From Antedon mediterranea (taxonomy: Eukaryota > Animalia > Echinodermata): a DNA stretch of 64,000 nucleotides. The position numbers and the translations under genes were made by a program. Positions 51,901-64,000 of the stretch are shown one piece after another. The notes below the pieces were generated by a model. It did not search any database. It was not told the DNA's origin and worked only from the letters and a program-made list of their open reading frames with translations. The stretch is taken from assembly GCF_964355755.1 (NCBI RefSeq), contig NC_092677.1, positions 2,068,101-2,132,100 of the forward strand. The letters are read 5' to 3'. Positions within the stretch are counted from its first letter, which is position 1; the number at the start of each line of letters is the position of its first letter.

Positions 51901-54900
51901 GTCAAAATGATTTTATGGGTCGTCCTTGCATCCATTCACTTTGGTTTTATTCAATTTTAATATTCCAATTGTTTTTATTTTTTCTTTTTTTGTATTTTAA
52001 ATGTATTGTTGAATGGATGCTAAATGAAAAAAAAAATGAAAACATCTGGCTGCTTGTGGCCTCATAATTTCTTTAATTTTACGAAAACAAAGACGGCGGA
52101 AACGTTTCTATTTATTTATTTATTTGGAATTACACCTTTAGATCGGTGGCACACTTAGTACAAAGGTGCATCCTTCACAATAACAATTAATGAATTAGAT
52201 AGAGAAAAGTATAAAGGCAAAAACAACTAGCAACCCCTATCCTACCCCACCCCCATCCCTAATTGTAATCGATATATACAGTAGATCATTACTTTACACA
52301 AATGAATACAAAACAAAATATAGTAAAAGTGTTATAAATAATATCACCTGACTAAACACAGGTTATTACGAAACCCACCAACCCCCTCCTCTTTTCAATT
52401 TACTTAATGTAGCAATGTAGATAACATAGTTATTGAGTCATGGAATTAAGTGAACGTATGAGTGCGGACATGGATTGCCAGGAGACAACATTTAGGCGCT
52501 TACCATACTTTAGTTAAATAATTGTGCTTAGAAAATCAAAACGATTTTAAAAACTTCCTGCGCAGGGATAAGGCCACCTTTGATGAGCTTGCAAATTTAG
52601 TGGCTCCATTGATAAGCAAGCAAAACACTACGATGAGAGAGGCAATTCATCACAAGGAAAGATTAGCTGTTACTCTAAGATTCTTGGCAACCGGTTAGTT
52701 TTTGTTTGTTGTTGAATCACTTTATATAAATTAACTAATTGATTACTAGGCATAGTAAACTACTTAAAAGTCAATACAATCAATGCCAACATTGTACTCA
52801 ATATTTATTAATCAATTGATTATGATATATTAAATTTACAATATAAATTATCTTTACCTATACTACTTTAAACTACAATATATTATATTACCAGTCGATA
52901 ATCACCAGTGATTATTATAATCTGACATTTTTTGAGATTTTAGTTAATTTTATAGTATATTTATTATGTTTTACCTAAAGTATATTAAAGATTAAATTTG
53001 TACAGTGGAAATATTTATTTTCTCAAGCATGAACATTACTCAAATGTTGCCCACATAGGTACTGAATTGAAACGTTGTCATTAATAAAGGTTGTAAAACT
53101 GCTTTTCTTATAGGAGATTCATATAAAAGTTTGGAGTATACATACAGAATTTCAGGAGCCCAGACAATTGGTAAAATTGTTCCGGAAACATGCAAGGCTA
53201 TTTATGACGTTTTAGCAGACAAGTATCTTAAGGTGAGATATAAATTGATTGATTGATTAAAAATTTATTTAAAAAGTGTCCATAGTAAGTCAATCATTTT
53301 GAGCTTCAAACAAAAGGCAATTTATTTAATTGCTTTCAGTTCATCAACAATTTAATATGCATAATTTATATCTGGATCATCTTTTGCAGCCGGTTTGTTT
53401 GTAGCCATATCCAAGCAAGTGATGGCCTTTTCCAGAAGCTTCTGCTCATCAACCTCACTTTGTAGGGGTCGCTTTGTAGAGAATGATGTTTCTGCAATAT
53501 CAATATTTTCTTTATCTTCTGTTGCTGTTTCTTCCTCCATGTCCTCTAGCATACAATCAGCATCTTCAAGTGGTGTCTAAAAAATAGATGTTATTATAGA
53601 ATGAGTTAAAATATTTGATTCATGGCTATAAAGTTTTACTTCATTAATCTTGCAGGTCCCAAATACAGAAGACGGGGTCAGGAAGAAAAGTTTTACAGGT
53701 TTCATCTCCGACGGGTGTAACAATACTGTTTGCAAGATTTGAACCAATATCTGTAAAGTAATCATTAAAGGATTGGGAAATAATATGTGGGTCAATTATG
53801 TTGCAATTATTTTGAATAAAATAAGAGGGAATTGGAGTTGAGGTTTTTTTTCCAAGTACAGAAAAATGGTATTCCATGTTTTTTTAAGATTTGTTTTATA
53901 AAGGTTGAATTTAGTTTTGTAATGATTTTTGGTAGAAATATGAATTAAATTGGTTAATTTATTACGATATTTAGCATATTTATTTTTGTCAGAGTTAGAG
54001 GAAATAATAGAACTGAGATCATTACGTAACGTGTGTTGGTCCTCTGGATGACATGATATTTAAATTATAGCCTAATATAGGCCTGCATAGCTAGGCTAGT
54101 TGTAAGCCCTACCCACCTAGCATGCAGACTAGGTCTAGGCCTACTATGCCTTCTAGACAATAGAGTAGGAGAAAGCCTCCTTCCTAGGCCTAACCTAAGT
54201 AGGTAGGCCTTGCCCAGCCTACTACTACTAGGCCTAGGCGGCCCTGCCCTAGCTAGGCCTACCTAGGCCTACTACTAGCATAAAAAAAGCATCATGAAGT
54301 AGCCTAGGTCTAGGCCAGGGCAGGCTAGGTAGGCCTAGGGCCTAGGCCCTACCACCTAGTTAGGCCTAGCTAGGCTAGGCCCAGCCTAGCCTAGCTAGGG
54401 CCTAATGTTAAACAAAAAATGTTAAAAAAATCTAATTTGACCCACGATGGCCTACTAGGCTAGGCCTAGGCCTACTGATTTTTATAAAAATAATATTGGC
54501 TGAATTGTGTAAGAACAATAAGCATTTTGGCCAAGACTAGGATAGCCTTACACTTGGGTTTCGTTTGCTTTTAAGTGGACTGAAGCACTTCTGACATAGT
54601 ATAGGCCTAGCTTTAAACATATCTTCTGATTCCAACCGTTCAGCAATGTTACTGTAGGTGAGAGTTTTGAGAGTTTTATTGTGATATTCATGGGATTTGA
54701 CATCCCATAAACATGGGTTCTCTTCAAAAGAGATCAATTAAATTGTTTGTGTCAAAATCCTCGCGCTCAACCATCTTGATCTTTTTGCAAAAATAAATAA
54801 TAGTCTGTCAAAATCTCTGTGCTCTGATTGGTCAATAGTGAATATTGTCTTCAGACATTCATAATACATGTATTATGAGTAGAGCATTGTTCTACTCTCA

Positions 54901-57900
54901 CAGACACTAACAGACACATAAAATGGCAATCAGACAAAGTCTGATTTAGGCATACACGATCAGACTTGTCTGATCATACATTGTATGATGTGTATGAAAG
55001 ACAAATGTATTACTGTGTATGCTTGCTTTAGACAGTGTGAGCGTTCATCATAGATGCTACGTCACTGTGTAGCAGAAACACTTTAAAACAACCTTAAAAC
55101 ATGCCAGCAATGTACCCTATATACAAATCTTTAAAATAAAGACCAACATCACATAAAATAAATTGAAACCTAATTCGATTAAATGAATAGACTGCATTCT
55201 GTGTGAAAGGTTTGGTTTGAATTATTCTATGGTTTTTGGAGTTACATCCAGACGCACTGGAGCATGAAATTTAATATTGTATTTTGCCTAATGTATTTGA
55301 CAGGCGTGGATTTGGCAGTAAAGCCTCAATCATTACTATGAATATGTTGCTTCATCAAACGTGTGTGTAGTGTAATTTCATGTATTAAGCTTTAAACTAG
55401 GATAGGTTATATCGATTGATGTCAGAAGAAGCTGGTACATTTAGTGCTCAAGTGTCAGATGATCAAGAGAGCTACTCATACTGCTGCTGGCACGCACGCG
55501 CGCGTACAAATTGTCACGTACAATTGCCACTTCACTTTAATCCCTAGCATGTATTTTATTTATTTTCGTAAATTAACGAATTAATATTAGACGTGATTGG
55601 GTTAATATAGCGTACAGTGTTGCAGTGTTGAGGGTGATCCGTTTTGGAAACATTTTTGATGTTATTTTATGCTATCTTTTTAATACATTTTAAATATTTT
55701 AAGTACCTTTTAATAATGTGAAAAATTGTCACAATTCAATTTTTCTGTGAAGATAATTTTAATAAATATACCATTATGAATGAATGAATGTACATGGGTA
55801 CTAACTCGTTTCTTTGCGAAATATAAGTTGGTAGAAAATAATCACGATTTAGCAGTGGTAGCCGACAGCCTACTTAACGAAATACAATTTTTATTTTACT
55901 GTGCAATCTTCAATCATCTCCGATTGAAGAGTAATTCTTATTTTTATTTCATTTAGGCCTATATTTTTATAGAGAAGTTAAAGTTGAATTATGTTATAAA
56001 TTAAAATATTGATGTAATTTTCAGAAAAGTGTACGCGTAACTGCGTAGCTAGAAGTAAACCCGTATGTGGAAGTGACAAAAGAACTTACCCCAGTGAATG
56101 TCATTTGAAGAAACGCGCATGCGTCGTTAAGGACTTGGTGAAAGAGTGCAATGGACCGTGTAAAAAAGGTATGCATGATTAATTTAGATTTTATCCGGTT
56201 TCTTCTAACCTAATTTTATACAAATTTAACATTTCTGAATTGTTCCCATGAGCCACGGAATAGACAAATTGATCAATGATGAATTGCAATTCCTATAAAT
56301 GATTCAACAACTTTTTTTAAATAAATAGCATAGTTTTATTTTATTAAAAACTTATACGGGTTTCCGTTGCCAAGTAGTAATATTCAGGAAGCCAAGCCAA
56401 CGTTCATAGTAGCAGAATTTTCAATCTTTCTTTCAACACCAATCAAATTAATGTTTTTAATTATGATTTCAAGGCAATTTTGTGTCAGTCAGGACTGAAA
56501 GCATTCCTGTCATGCTTCATTTATTTATACCCAATCCAAGTAATTATCATTTTCCCCTTTTCTAGTGAAAGGACACAGTTGCTGCAATATTAAAAGAAAA
56601 TGTCCAAAGCGATTTAGATCGTCAGGACCGGTTTGCGGCACGAACGGCGTCACATATCCAAACCTATGTCTATTGGCGATTGCAATATGTAAAGAGAAAG
56701 GACTGAAGATTAAGTGAGTAAAACTATCACATAATTTCTGTGAGATATTTTAATAAGGTAAGACAAGACAGACAAGGTAACTGACAATGGCGATTTGATG
56801 ATGATTGTAGGCCTATTTCACACGTACGTTGAAGAGGAAGGTTTGTTTGTTTGTTCATTTTTATACTGGGTGACCTCTTCAGTCAAAGACTGATCTCCCA
56901 GAGGGCCTAGTTGGTGATCAGTGGCTGTGATGTACTAATACACCGGGGTAACCCCCTACTCGTCTCGAAAGATGTACTAGGTTCTTTAAAGTGCACACGA
57001 GCTAGTTGTGTACACTGGACCTACGGTTTACCACCAGAACCATGGAGTGAGTGAGCCTCGAACCCTTGCCAATGTTATGGCTACGTAATTACGGTTCCAC
57101 TGTCTTAACCGCTCGGCCACTCACCCACTAAGGTGTGGACCCGGTTATATACTCTCGGACGACAAGTACAAAACAACGACAACAGCTAAATGTATTCGTA
57201 CTTTATATTACAGCTATGAAGCATTTTACCAGGCTCCTTTCGCAGTGGACCACGAATACAATCTTGCTCTCTATTCGCCCGTTTATGCATTACGTCATTC
57301 GGAAATCACTCACGCATAACGGAGTGTAACTAGCGCCATCACAGTTATAACCAAAGATGTACTCATACTGGATAAAAATAATAAATGTTGACTAAACTTT
57401 TATGTTAAATGTTTTATCTGTCGTAGAGGAGAAAGTAAATGTAGTGATCTGGAGGTAACAACACAACTTCCTAGACCAGTGACGTCAGAAGAAGCGTTTT
57501 GTATAGACGAGAAACTTGGGAAGCAATGTTCCGGTGAATGCAAAACAGGTGAGTAATTGATTGACCAATCACGGTGACAATCCAAAGCGCATGGCTCATA
57601 GTAAAGCATATGGTGAGGTAAACTAGGATGCAGCGTAAAATTGAATAATCCATCGCTTACGATTTATCGAGTTACTTTTGTTGCAAGTTTCAGTCCTCCA
57701 ATGTTACAATGTTATGAATTGAATAAAATATGTAATCATATATGGTGACTATGATGGGACTACTGACGTCATTTTCTATGTGTATTCAGTTTCAAATAAG
57801 GTCATATTTTTCTCCCAAAATGTTTTATTCAGTAAATGACGTTCACTGCTGCGACATACGTACAAGATGTCCACGAGTGTTTAAAGACAGTGGTTACGTT

Positions 57901-60900
57901 TGTGGCACTGATGGCGTGTCATACGTCAACCAATGTGAACTTGCTAAGAAAACTTGTCGAACAGCAGGTTTGCTCATTGAAAAGGATTACGACGGAAAAT
58001 GCAAGTCACAGGGGGCTAGGCCTACGTCTATGTCAGTGAAACAGACGAGTCCAACGGGAAATGAAGAATCCGTCACCGAAAAGATATATTGTTACGACCC
58101 GGAACTCGGGAAGAAGTGTTCTGGCGAATGCAAATTTGGTAAGTACTGTACTATGAAAAACAGACAAAAAACTTTTCACAATATATAGAGGGCGCTATTT
58201 AAATTACCGAGTAGGCGCGCCTACAGTATCAGTATTTTTCAGCATGATGTTTGTACTAACTTTTCACTGCGTTAAGCATTATATTTTTTTAAAATTCAAA
58301 ACTTGCTTCGTTTCAATTCTGTGCATGTTCTTCTTGTTATTACAGTCCATGGTGTTGATTGTTGTAACATAATGCAAGAAGCATGCCTCTCGTCTTTGAT
58401 AGAAAGTGGCCCAGTTTGCGGCAGTGATAACATAACATATTCCAATCTTTGCACGCTTTCGCGAAAAGCATGTCGAACTCTAGAATCTGAATTAAGACAT
58501 TCCTACATGGGTGCTTGTAAAACGCGAAACGAAGAAACGAATCTTGAGACTTTACCTCAAACAGATCGGACGACCCTTACACAGCAACAGACACCGTTAG
58601 GAGGATTTACTGATATCACAACAACAGCATCGTCTACAACAGTTTATAGAATGCTTAGAACTAAAGCTAGAGTGCAATATACAATTAAAAGTCAAAGTGC
58701 ATATCGAACTACGAGTCCAGTATATTCTAGAACAGAAGAAGTATCGTTACCTCTAACGACTGACGCGCGAGTTTACTGTAACGATCCGATAAGTGGTAAA
58801 TACTGCCCGGGAGAATGCAAATCAGGTAAAAATGTTTAAAAAACATATTGGTTGAAGGTTTGCATGGCGAAATCACTATGTTGTTATCAAGTTTGCGGTA
58901 CACCACGTATATTTAGTTCTGAAAATAACTGTTGAGTTTCTTGATGTTTCTATCAATATACTTTGATTGTCCTCCTCAGAACTAAACATTTCAGATAATT
59001 CAGATAATATTTATTTAGATAATAATGAATGAATATATACAAAATAGAAAAAAGATATTAAAGTGAACATAGATAAAGCAGTAAAACATACATAGTGTAC
59101 CGCAACAACAAACTTCAGAATAATGTCCAATCACAAGCGACGGATCGAGCTGTAAGTTACGCCCGCTGTCCTTCCAATTGTAATTGAGTTGCATTTTCGT
59201 CCCGTGCATTACGTCTACATCCCGTGCGTCCCCGCCCCGGGGGCATAGAACCACTCTGTGTTTTATACACAGTAACCTCTTATTTCATTATTGAATATTT
59301 ACAAATATTTACAAATATTTACAAATGTTATCTTTTAGTTAGTGGCGTTCACTGCTGCGACATCCGACAACGATGTCCTGACGAATTGAAAGAAACTGGA
59401 CCGGTTTGTGGGACAGACTTGCAAACTTACATAAATATGTGTGAACTTGCTAGGAAAATATGTAGGACTATTTGGTCAACACTTCAAAAACTCACCAACG
59501 GTGCATGCGAAGAAGACTCTTCTTACGTCATCAAACTTGGGAACAATTCTACTCAATCACCGGTGTTTCTTCGACTAGAATCAACTTCATCATCGCCAAC
59601 AATATCTACTGAAGGATCTGCTGTCTCCACTACATCTACGATCAGACAACTGACGTCACCAACGACGAGTACACAAAATATATCTGAAATGACAGTAAAT
59701 ACAACAGTTATGGGGACAACACTTTCTATAAATAATAATATTAATAACATATCACATTGTCAAGATACAGTTTTAGGAAAAGACTGCATGGCCGAGTGTA
59801 AATTTGGTAAGACATTTATGATACTCATTTGAAAACTGTTTCCATTAGTTTAGTCATTTATTTGTTTTATGCGCATGCGTATTTATATTTCCATCTACTT
59901 TTTAACGACTCTATAGAGTGACTAAATATCCCACAATGCATTAAAAAAAAAACAATTAATTAAATTATCAATTCACGAAGAGTTATTACCCTAGGCCCAA
60001 ATAACTTTTTGTTAAATTTATAATTTATACAGTAAGCGGTGTACATTGCTGTGACATCATCGATTCTGGTTGTCCTCAAACTTTTTCAACGAGTGGTCAC
60101 GTATGTGGATCAGACGGTTTAAGCTATGATAATTTGTGCGTATTGGCGCGCATGTCATGTCAGACAGCAGGCTCGACATTGGTCAAGGTTAGATATGGCA
60201 AGTGTGACGAATCTTCTCCAGTAATAAAAAAACAAGAAACCAAGAAAAAGATCGTCTGTGTTGATGAAAAGCGCGGGAAAACATGCGACGGTGAATGTAA
60301 AGTTGGTGAGTATAGTTATATAGATTTAAGTTATTTTATGGATGAACTGAGTCGCTTAGAAAAGTACATGCGTATTTGTTGTTTTTTCCACAAGAAATAA
60401 GGATATTAATATAACAACGATTTGCGATAGCTTAGTTGGTACGTCAGCAGTAAGTAAAGCAGGCTTACATGTAATCATTTGGTTTGTTTGTTTTAGTTAA
60501 CGGCCAACATTGTTGTGACATCAGAAGAAGATGCCCAAATAAGTTAAAGAAAACTGGCTCAGTCTGCGGCAGTGATGGTCGCACATACGGGAACCAGTGT
60601 GCGCTTGCACGGAAGTCTTGCCGTGAGCATGGATCGCCTCTACATATGGCACACAAAGGTTCTTGTAAGAAAGCGTCAGAAAAAAGGCCTACAAATCCAA
60701 GAAAGCTGTTTCCCGACGTCGTCGCGGCCAATCGCTACGATAATAATCTACCAGGAGAAGGCGATATGACGATGCCACCTTTTCTCATCACAGACTTATC
60801 AATTCAAAGAGATCGAATCGAAGAAGGTAAGGTTTCTCCGGGAGTAAATATACACTTAAGCGCAAAGTAAATTGACCAATCACAACCGATGGATTATTCC

Positions 60901-62919
60901 AACGCCTGTGGTTGGTCAACTCTTTCGTTAAGTTCTGGAGTGGGAACCAAGATTTAATAGTAGACCAATGTACAGTACTTGCAACGATGAAGTATGATTT
61001 TCATTCATAAATGAGGCGCGCGCCCTCAGGAACAAGAACTGCCTACGATACTCATAAATAAGATAGGTCTACTGTTACTGCACACTTTTTTTTTGGACTA
61101 TATTATCGTCACGTTTCCAACAAAAACAACCCGAGAAAACGAGATTGAGATAATACAGTATATAACGTGTAATTTTTTTGTGTGCTAAATCAGCTCATAC
61201 ATAAAAAATATTACCATAATAATAAATAAAACTATAAATCTTGTAGATCCCTGTGAAGTGGACTGTCCATCATGGGACAGCCCGGTTTGTGGTAGCAACA
61301 TGGTGACGTATAAAAACGCTTGTGAACTGAAGAAGATCCAGTGTAAACGGCCATCAATACGTCAGTTATGCGACGCACGCTGTAGGCTTGGTAAGTGTGT
61401 ATGGTATCAGTAACGGAACTGAACAGCGCCCAAAGGAAAAGCGTCGATGGGGGTATAACGCTGAGCAAAATGCGATTCTTCAGGCGTACGTGTGCCTGGG
61501 CGAATTGAATGTCGACATTTGATTTGCATGGCACACGAGAGAACACGAGAAGGCACATGCTATTTCCAAACAATTATTATCCAGATAACGTTGTCTTAAT
61601 GCTGATCTCGACATACGTATTAGAATGATGTTATATAGAAAGAAAAGACTAGTGCTCCCCTAGTCTGCTGGGTTTCAGATGGAGTTTTGAATTAATATTA
61701 GTAAAAAGATAAATATTTTGGCACATATGGCGTTTCATACGTATACTACTTCAGCTTGTGGACTTAAAGGACAATAAATACAGACTTAGGGCAAGTCTAG
61801 TGTTCTTCTAGTGCTGTGCTAGTCCTGCAGGCATACAGAGAACAACCCTATAATCGGGATTAAGTTTCGGGACCCAACAAAGTGTCTAAATAGGGTTAAA
61901 ACATATTGACCCTCATACATTTTGAGTGTCAGTGTTCTTAATCGCGCCGAGGTGGGTGCAATGCATTCATGTTGTACATTCATGTTATACAGATGATGGT
62001 AGAAATTGCTGCATGATGATGAAGAAATGTCACAAAAGTTTACGGAACTCGGGAACAGTTTGCGGAAGTGACGGAAAAAGTTACAGTAATCAATGTGACC
62101 TGTTCCGTGAAGCGTGTCGGTCCCTTGATTATAATTTGCAACAATTAAACGAGGGACCGTGTCCACCTGACCAACCACAAACAACCAAAATGAGTAAGTG
62201 TTCCAATGTGTACATTTTTTAACGCCGCAAATGCGTAACGATTATCACGAAGCCATAAAGTCTATTCGGTACACAGCAGACATGACATTATGCTTGGTTC
62301 CCACTAGAGACGCAACGCAAGGACGTAACGCAGCGTAAGGGATTTGACCAATCACAAGCGATGGATTTATTCGACTTTCGCATATCATTGGTCAACACCC
62401 TTGCGTTGCGTATACGTCCTTGCGTTGCGTCATAGTGGGAACCAAGCTTAGGTGCACACAAGGCTGTTAAGCACAGAGTACGAACATGCACGAGCAGATA
62501 TTCCACACCACACACAGTATGTACGTCGTGTTTACAGGGCACACACGCGCGTATTGTTGTAGTATTCTTCAAAACGCATGCGTGCACACTATACCCGGAC
62601 GCATGTGATGTAGTCAGACGCTACATTATACGAGCTAATATACTTATTGTACCTAGTGAATATTGACTTGTCCGCCTAAATTAATGATTCGATCCATTTT
62701 TACTACATGTACACTAAACTGTCGTATTGTCTTCCTTCAGAGTTCTCAATGATCGAGTGTTTATCTACATTTCATTGTCCAATCGAGTTGGCGTTAGCTG
62801 GTGAGGTTTGTTCCGATGTTGGTACCACGTATCAGGACGAATGCGCACTTAGGTTTGATAGCTGTTGGGGTGACAATCGCAATATTGGATTAGACTATAT
62901 TGGACGTTGTAAACCTTGA
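45977..62919 (+). CDS. Secreted ~960-aa protein with ten Kazal/follistatin-like domains and Thr/Ser-rich linkers
   Basis: Signal-peptide exon 45977-46064 (MVLLFSGLLFISVMLTSMGG..., phase 1). Then 56025-56168, 56566-56713, 57427-57548, 57833-58138, 58346-58825, 59339-59806, 60033-60305, 60497-60826, 61247-61390, 61993-62193 and 62741-62919, all in frame. Each domain has VCG(S/T)(D/N)xxxYxxxCxLxxxxC, with VCSDVGTTY in the last. Joining exon 1 across the 10-kb intron is inferred. Confidence 0.85.
46571..46735. repeat. 32-bp minisatellite, 5 copies
   Basis: Unit ttattatcatcctgcctaccgttatcggtgag. Confidence 0.93.
47140..47333. mobile_element. MITE family 1 copy with an internally expanded 21-bp repeat
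   Basis: TTA|AGCTCTGTCTACAC ... (ccatatttgggcatatcacta)x5 ... ACAGAGCT|TTA. Confidence 0.8.
49386..49541. mobile_element. MITE family 1 copy, next to a degenerate family 2 end
   Basis: agctctatctacacta..tgacaaaaaatgtg ... cacattttttgtcacataaagtttgatagtgtaga. Confidence 0.78.
53677..53995 (-). mobile_element. Internal LINE fragment (CR1/Crack-like EN-RT linker) truncating the transposase
   Basis: KYAKYRNKLTNLI..KKTWNTI and IISQSFNDYFTDIGSNLANSI. Confidence 0.65.
54068..54475. repeat. Low-complexity AGGCCT/CTAG palindrome-rich tract
   Basis: Dense taggccta, cctagg and ctagctag motifs. Confidence 0.8.
56841..57125 (-). mobile_element. tRNA-derived SINE with a Deu/Nin-like central motif
   Basis: On the - strand: A box TGGCCGAGCGG, B box GGTTCGAGGC, motif GTGCACTTTAAAGAACC and an (AAAC)n tail. 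Confidence 0.75.
60830..60953. mobile_element. MITE family 2, degenerate copy starting at an exon donor
   Basis: Core ttgaccaatcacaa..gatggattattc..ttggtcaac and right end agtgggaaccaag. Confidence 0.6.
62291..62449. mobile_element. MITE family 2 copy (PIF/Harbinger-type)
   Basis: Long TIRs GCTTGGTTCCCACTA..GACGCAACGCAAGGACGTA ... TACGTCCTTGCGTTGCGTC..TAGTGGGAACCAAGC. Confidence 0.85.
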
Positions 62920-63471
62920 TGTCACGTGTTTTCAAATGTCACAGGTCATCACCAGCCATCCCTTTAATATGATAATGCATTGGAATATTGTCACATCGTA
63001 AGCAGATGAAATACATTAAAGAAACCAGAGAGACATTACATGCAAAACCATGTAAAAGAAATGGCACGATGATGAACATACTGTTTCGTCGTCGTCGAAT
63101 GCGGAGTTCCCCCCTCCCCACCCTCTCTGAATCCTCTTGTTCCCTCCTTATCGACGATAACAATAAGTGGTTCGTTCGGCCAGACCAAATCTCTCTGTGA
63201 CGTAACGGTACCGCTTGTTCCACGGCCACTCTCCTACTGATGTACTCCACTTACTCCCAACTTACACCCGCATCTTCAGCTCACAACTTCTACTGGGCCT
63301 GTAGTTTACGCTGCATATAAATACGCAAACTATAATAAACACAATCTCCTCTCCTTAGTCTCCTCTGGACAGTCGATGAATTCGATCCACGGCAAGGGTT
63401 TCTTCAAACTCGTTCCTCCGACATCAACCCTGCCATATTTAGGCCTACAATCTGTAATCCATACGCTAGTT

Positions 63472-63633
63472 AAGCTTGGTTCTCACTAGCGACGCAACGC
63501 AAGGACGTAACGCAACGTAAATGATTTGTCCAATCACAAGCGATGGATTATTCGAACAGTGGCTTGTCATTGGTTAACTCGCTTGCGTTGCTCGTACGTC
63601 CTCGCGTTGCGTCTCTAGTGGGAACCACGCTTT
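63472..63633. mobile_element. MITE family 2 copy
   Basis: TTA|AGCTTGGTTCTCACTAG.. ... CTAGTGGGAACCACGCT|TTA, with a TTA target-site duplication. Confidence 0.85.
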
Positions 63634-64000
63634 AATACCAATAATACGATTCCTGCGTGTTACTGTTACGTGTTTTTGCAAGCAGTTGAAATATTGTACA
63701 TAATATAATAAACACTATTTAAGATAAGTCTATTTATAATATTTTAACATAATTAATGTTGCCTAGAACATACATTTATAAATGTATTCATCTTTTTTAT
63801 ATAAAAACTGAAACAAAATGATTTGTTAATAAAACAGAGTAATTTTTAATGAATTTGGTTTTTTTTTAAATTAGATATCCGCATGTAATTACTCTTGCTA
63901 CTTGTCTAATATTGACTGAATTGAAAAATTACCTTACGAAATAGATAGGGGTATCTTAAAAGAGCTCCTGTATATTAATTATTAACTAATATGGATCACC

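Larger units (their letters stand above)
52455..55027. mobile_element. Degenerate PIF/Harbinger transposon (transposase on +, MADF/Myb-like partner on -)
   Basis: Transposase exons ~52455-52693 (FKNFLR..FDELANLVAPLISKQNTTMREAI..KERLAVTLRFLATG, with stops), 53114-53232 (GDSYKSLEYTYRIS..IVPETCKAIYDVL) and 53656-~53676 (VPNTED). MADF-like exon ~54620-54774 (-) reads EENPCLWDVKSHEYHNK and is frameshifted; an acidic exon lies at ~53300-53576 (-). Right end ...GTGTATGCTTGCT|TTA. Confidence 0.8.

Noticed and set aside
57050-57125. tRNA gene (also 10620-10690)
   Set aside because: A and B boxes are present but continue into SINE bodies and simple-repeat tails, with no convincing cloverleaf.

Overview
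AT-rich, intron-containing animal DNA, probably from a marine invertebrate deuterostome (inferred from SINE type and gene style). I reconstructed eight protein-coding genes by hand from GT-AG junctions and reading-frame continuity. They are: a partial Ig-like type-I membrane gene (-), a head-to-head pair of SLC22A15-like transporters with identical intron positions, an uncharacterised ~496-aa gene with a divergent C-terminal SH2 domain (-), prefoldin subunit 2 (+), the PP2A scaffold A subunit (-), a SAXO/FAM154 axonemal protein (+), and a ~960-aa secreted protein with ten Kazal/follistatin-like domains (+). Introns carry a young L2-type LINE, tRNA-derived SINEs, Harbinger- and Tc1-type MITEs, a degenerate Harbinger element and many minisatellites. 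The most striking pattern is that several tandem arrays are built from the splice junctions themselves. PP2A-A has 26 in-frame copies of one 3' splice site, which could insert up to 361 aa, and 8 copies of another. An SLC22 intron has 9 copies of a 5' splice site. No RNA evidence or database searches were available, so all gene models are sequence-only.
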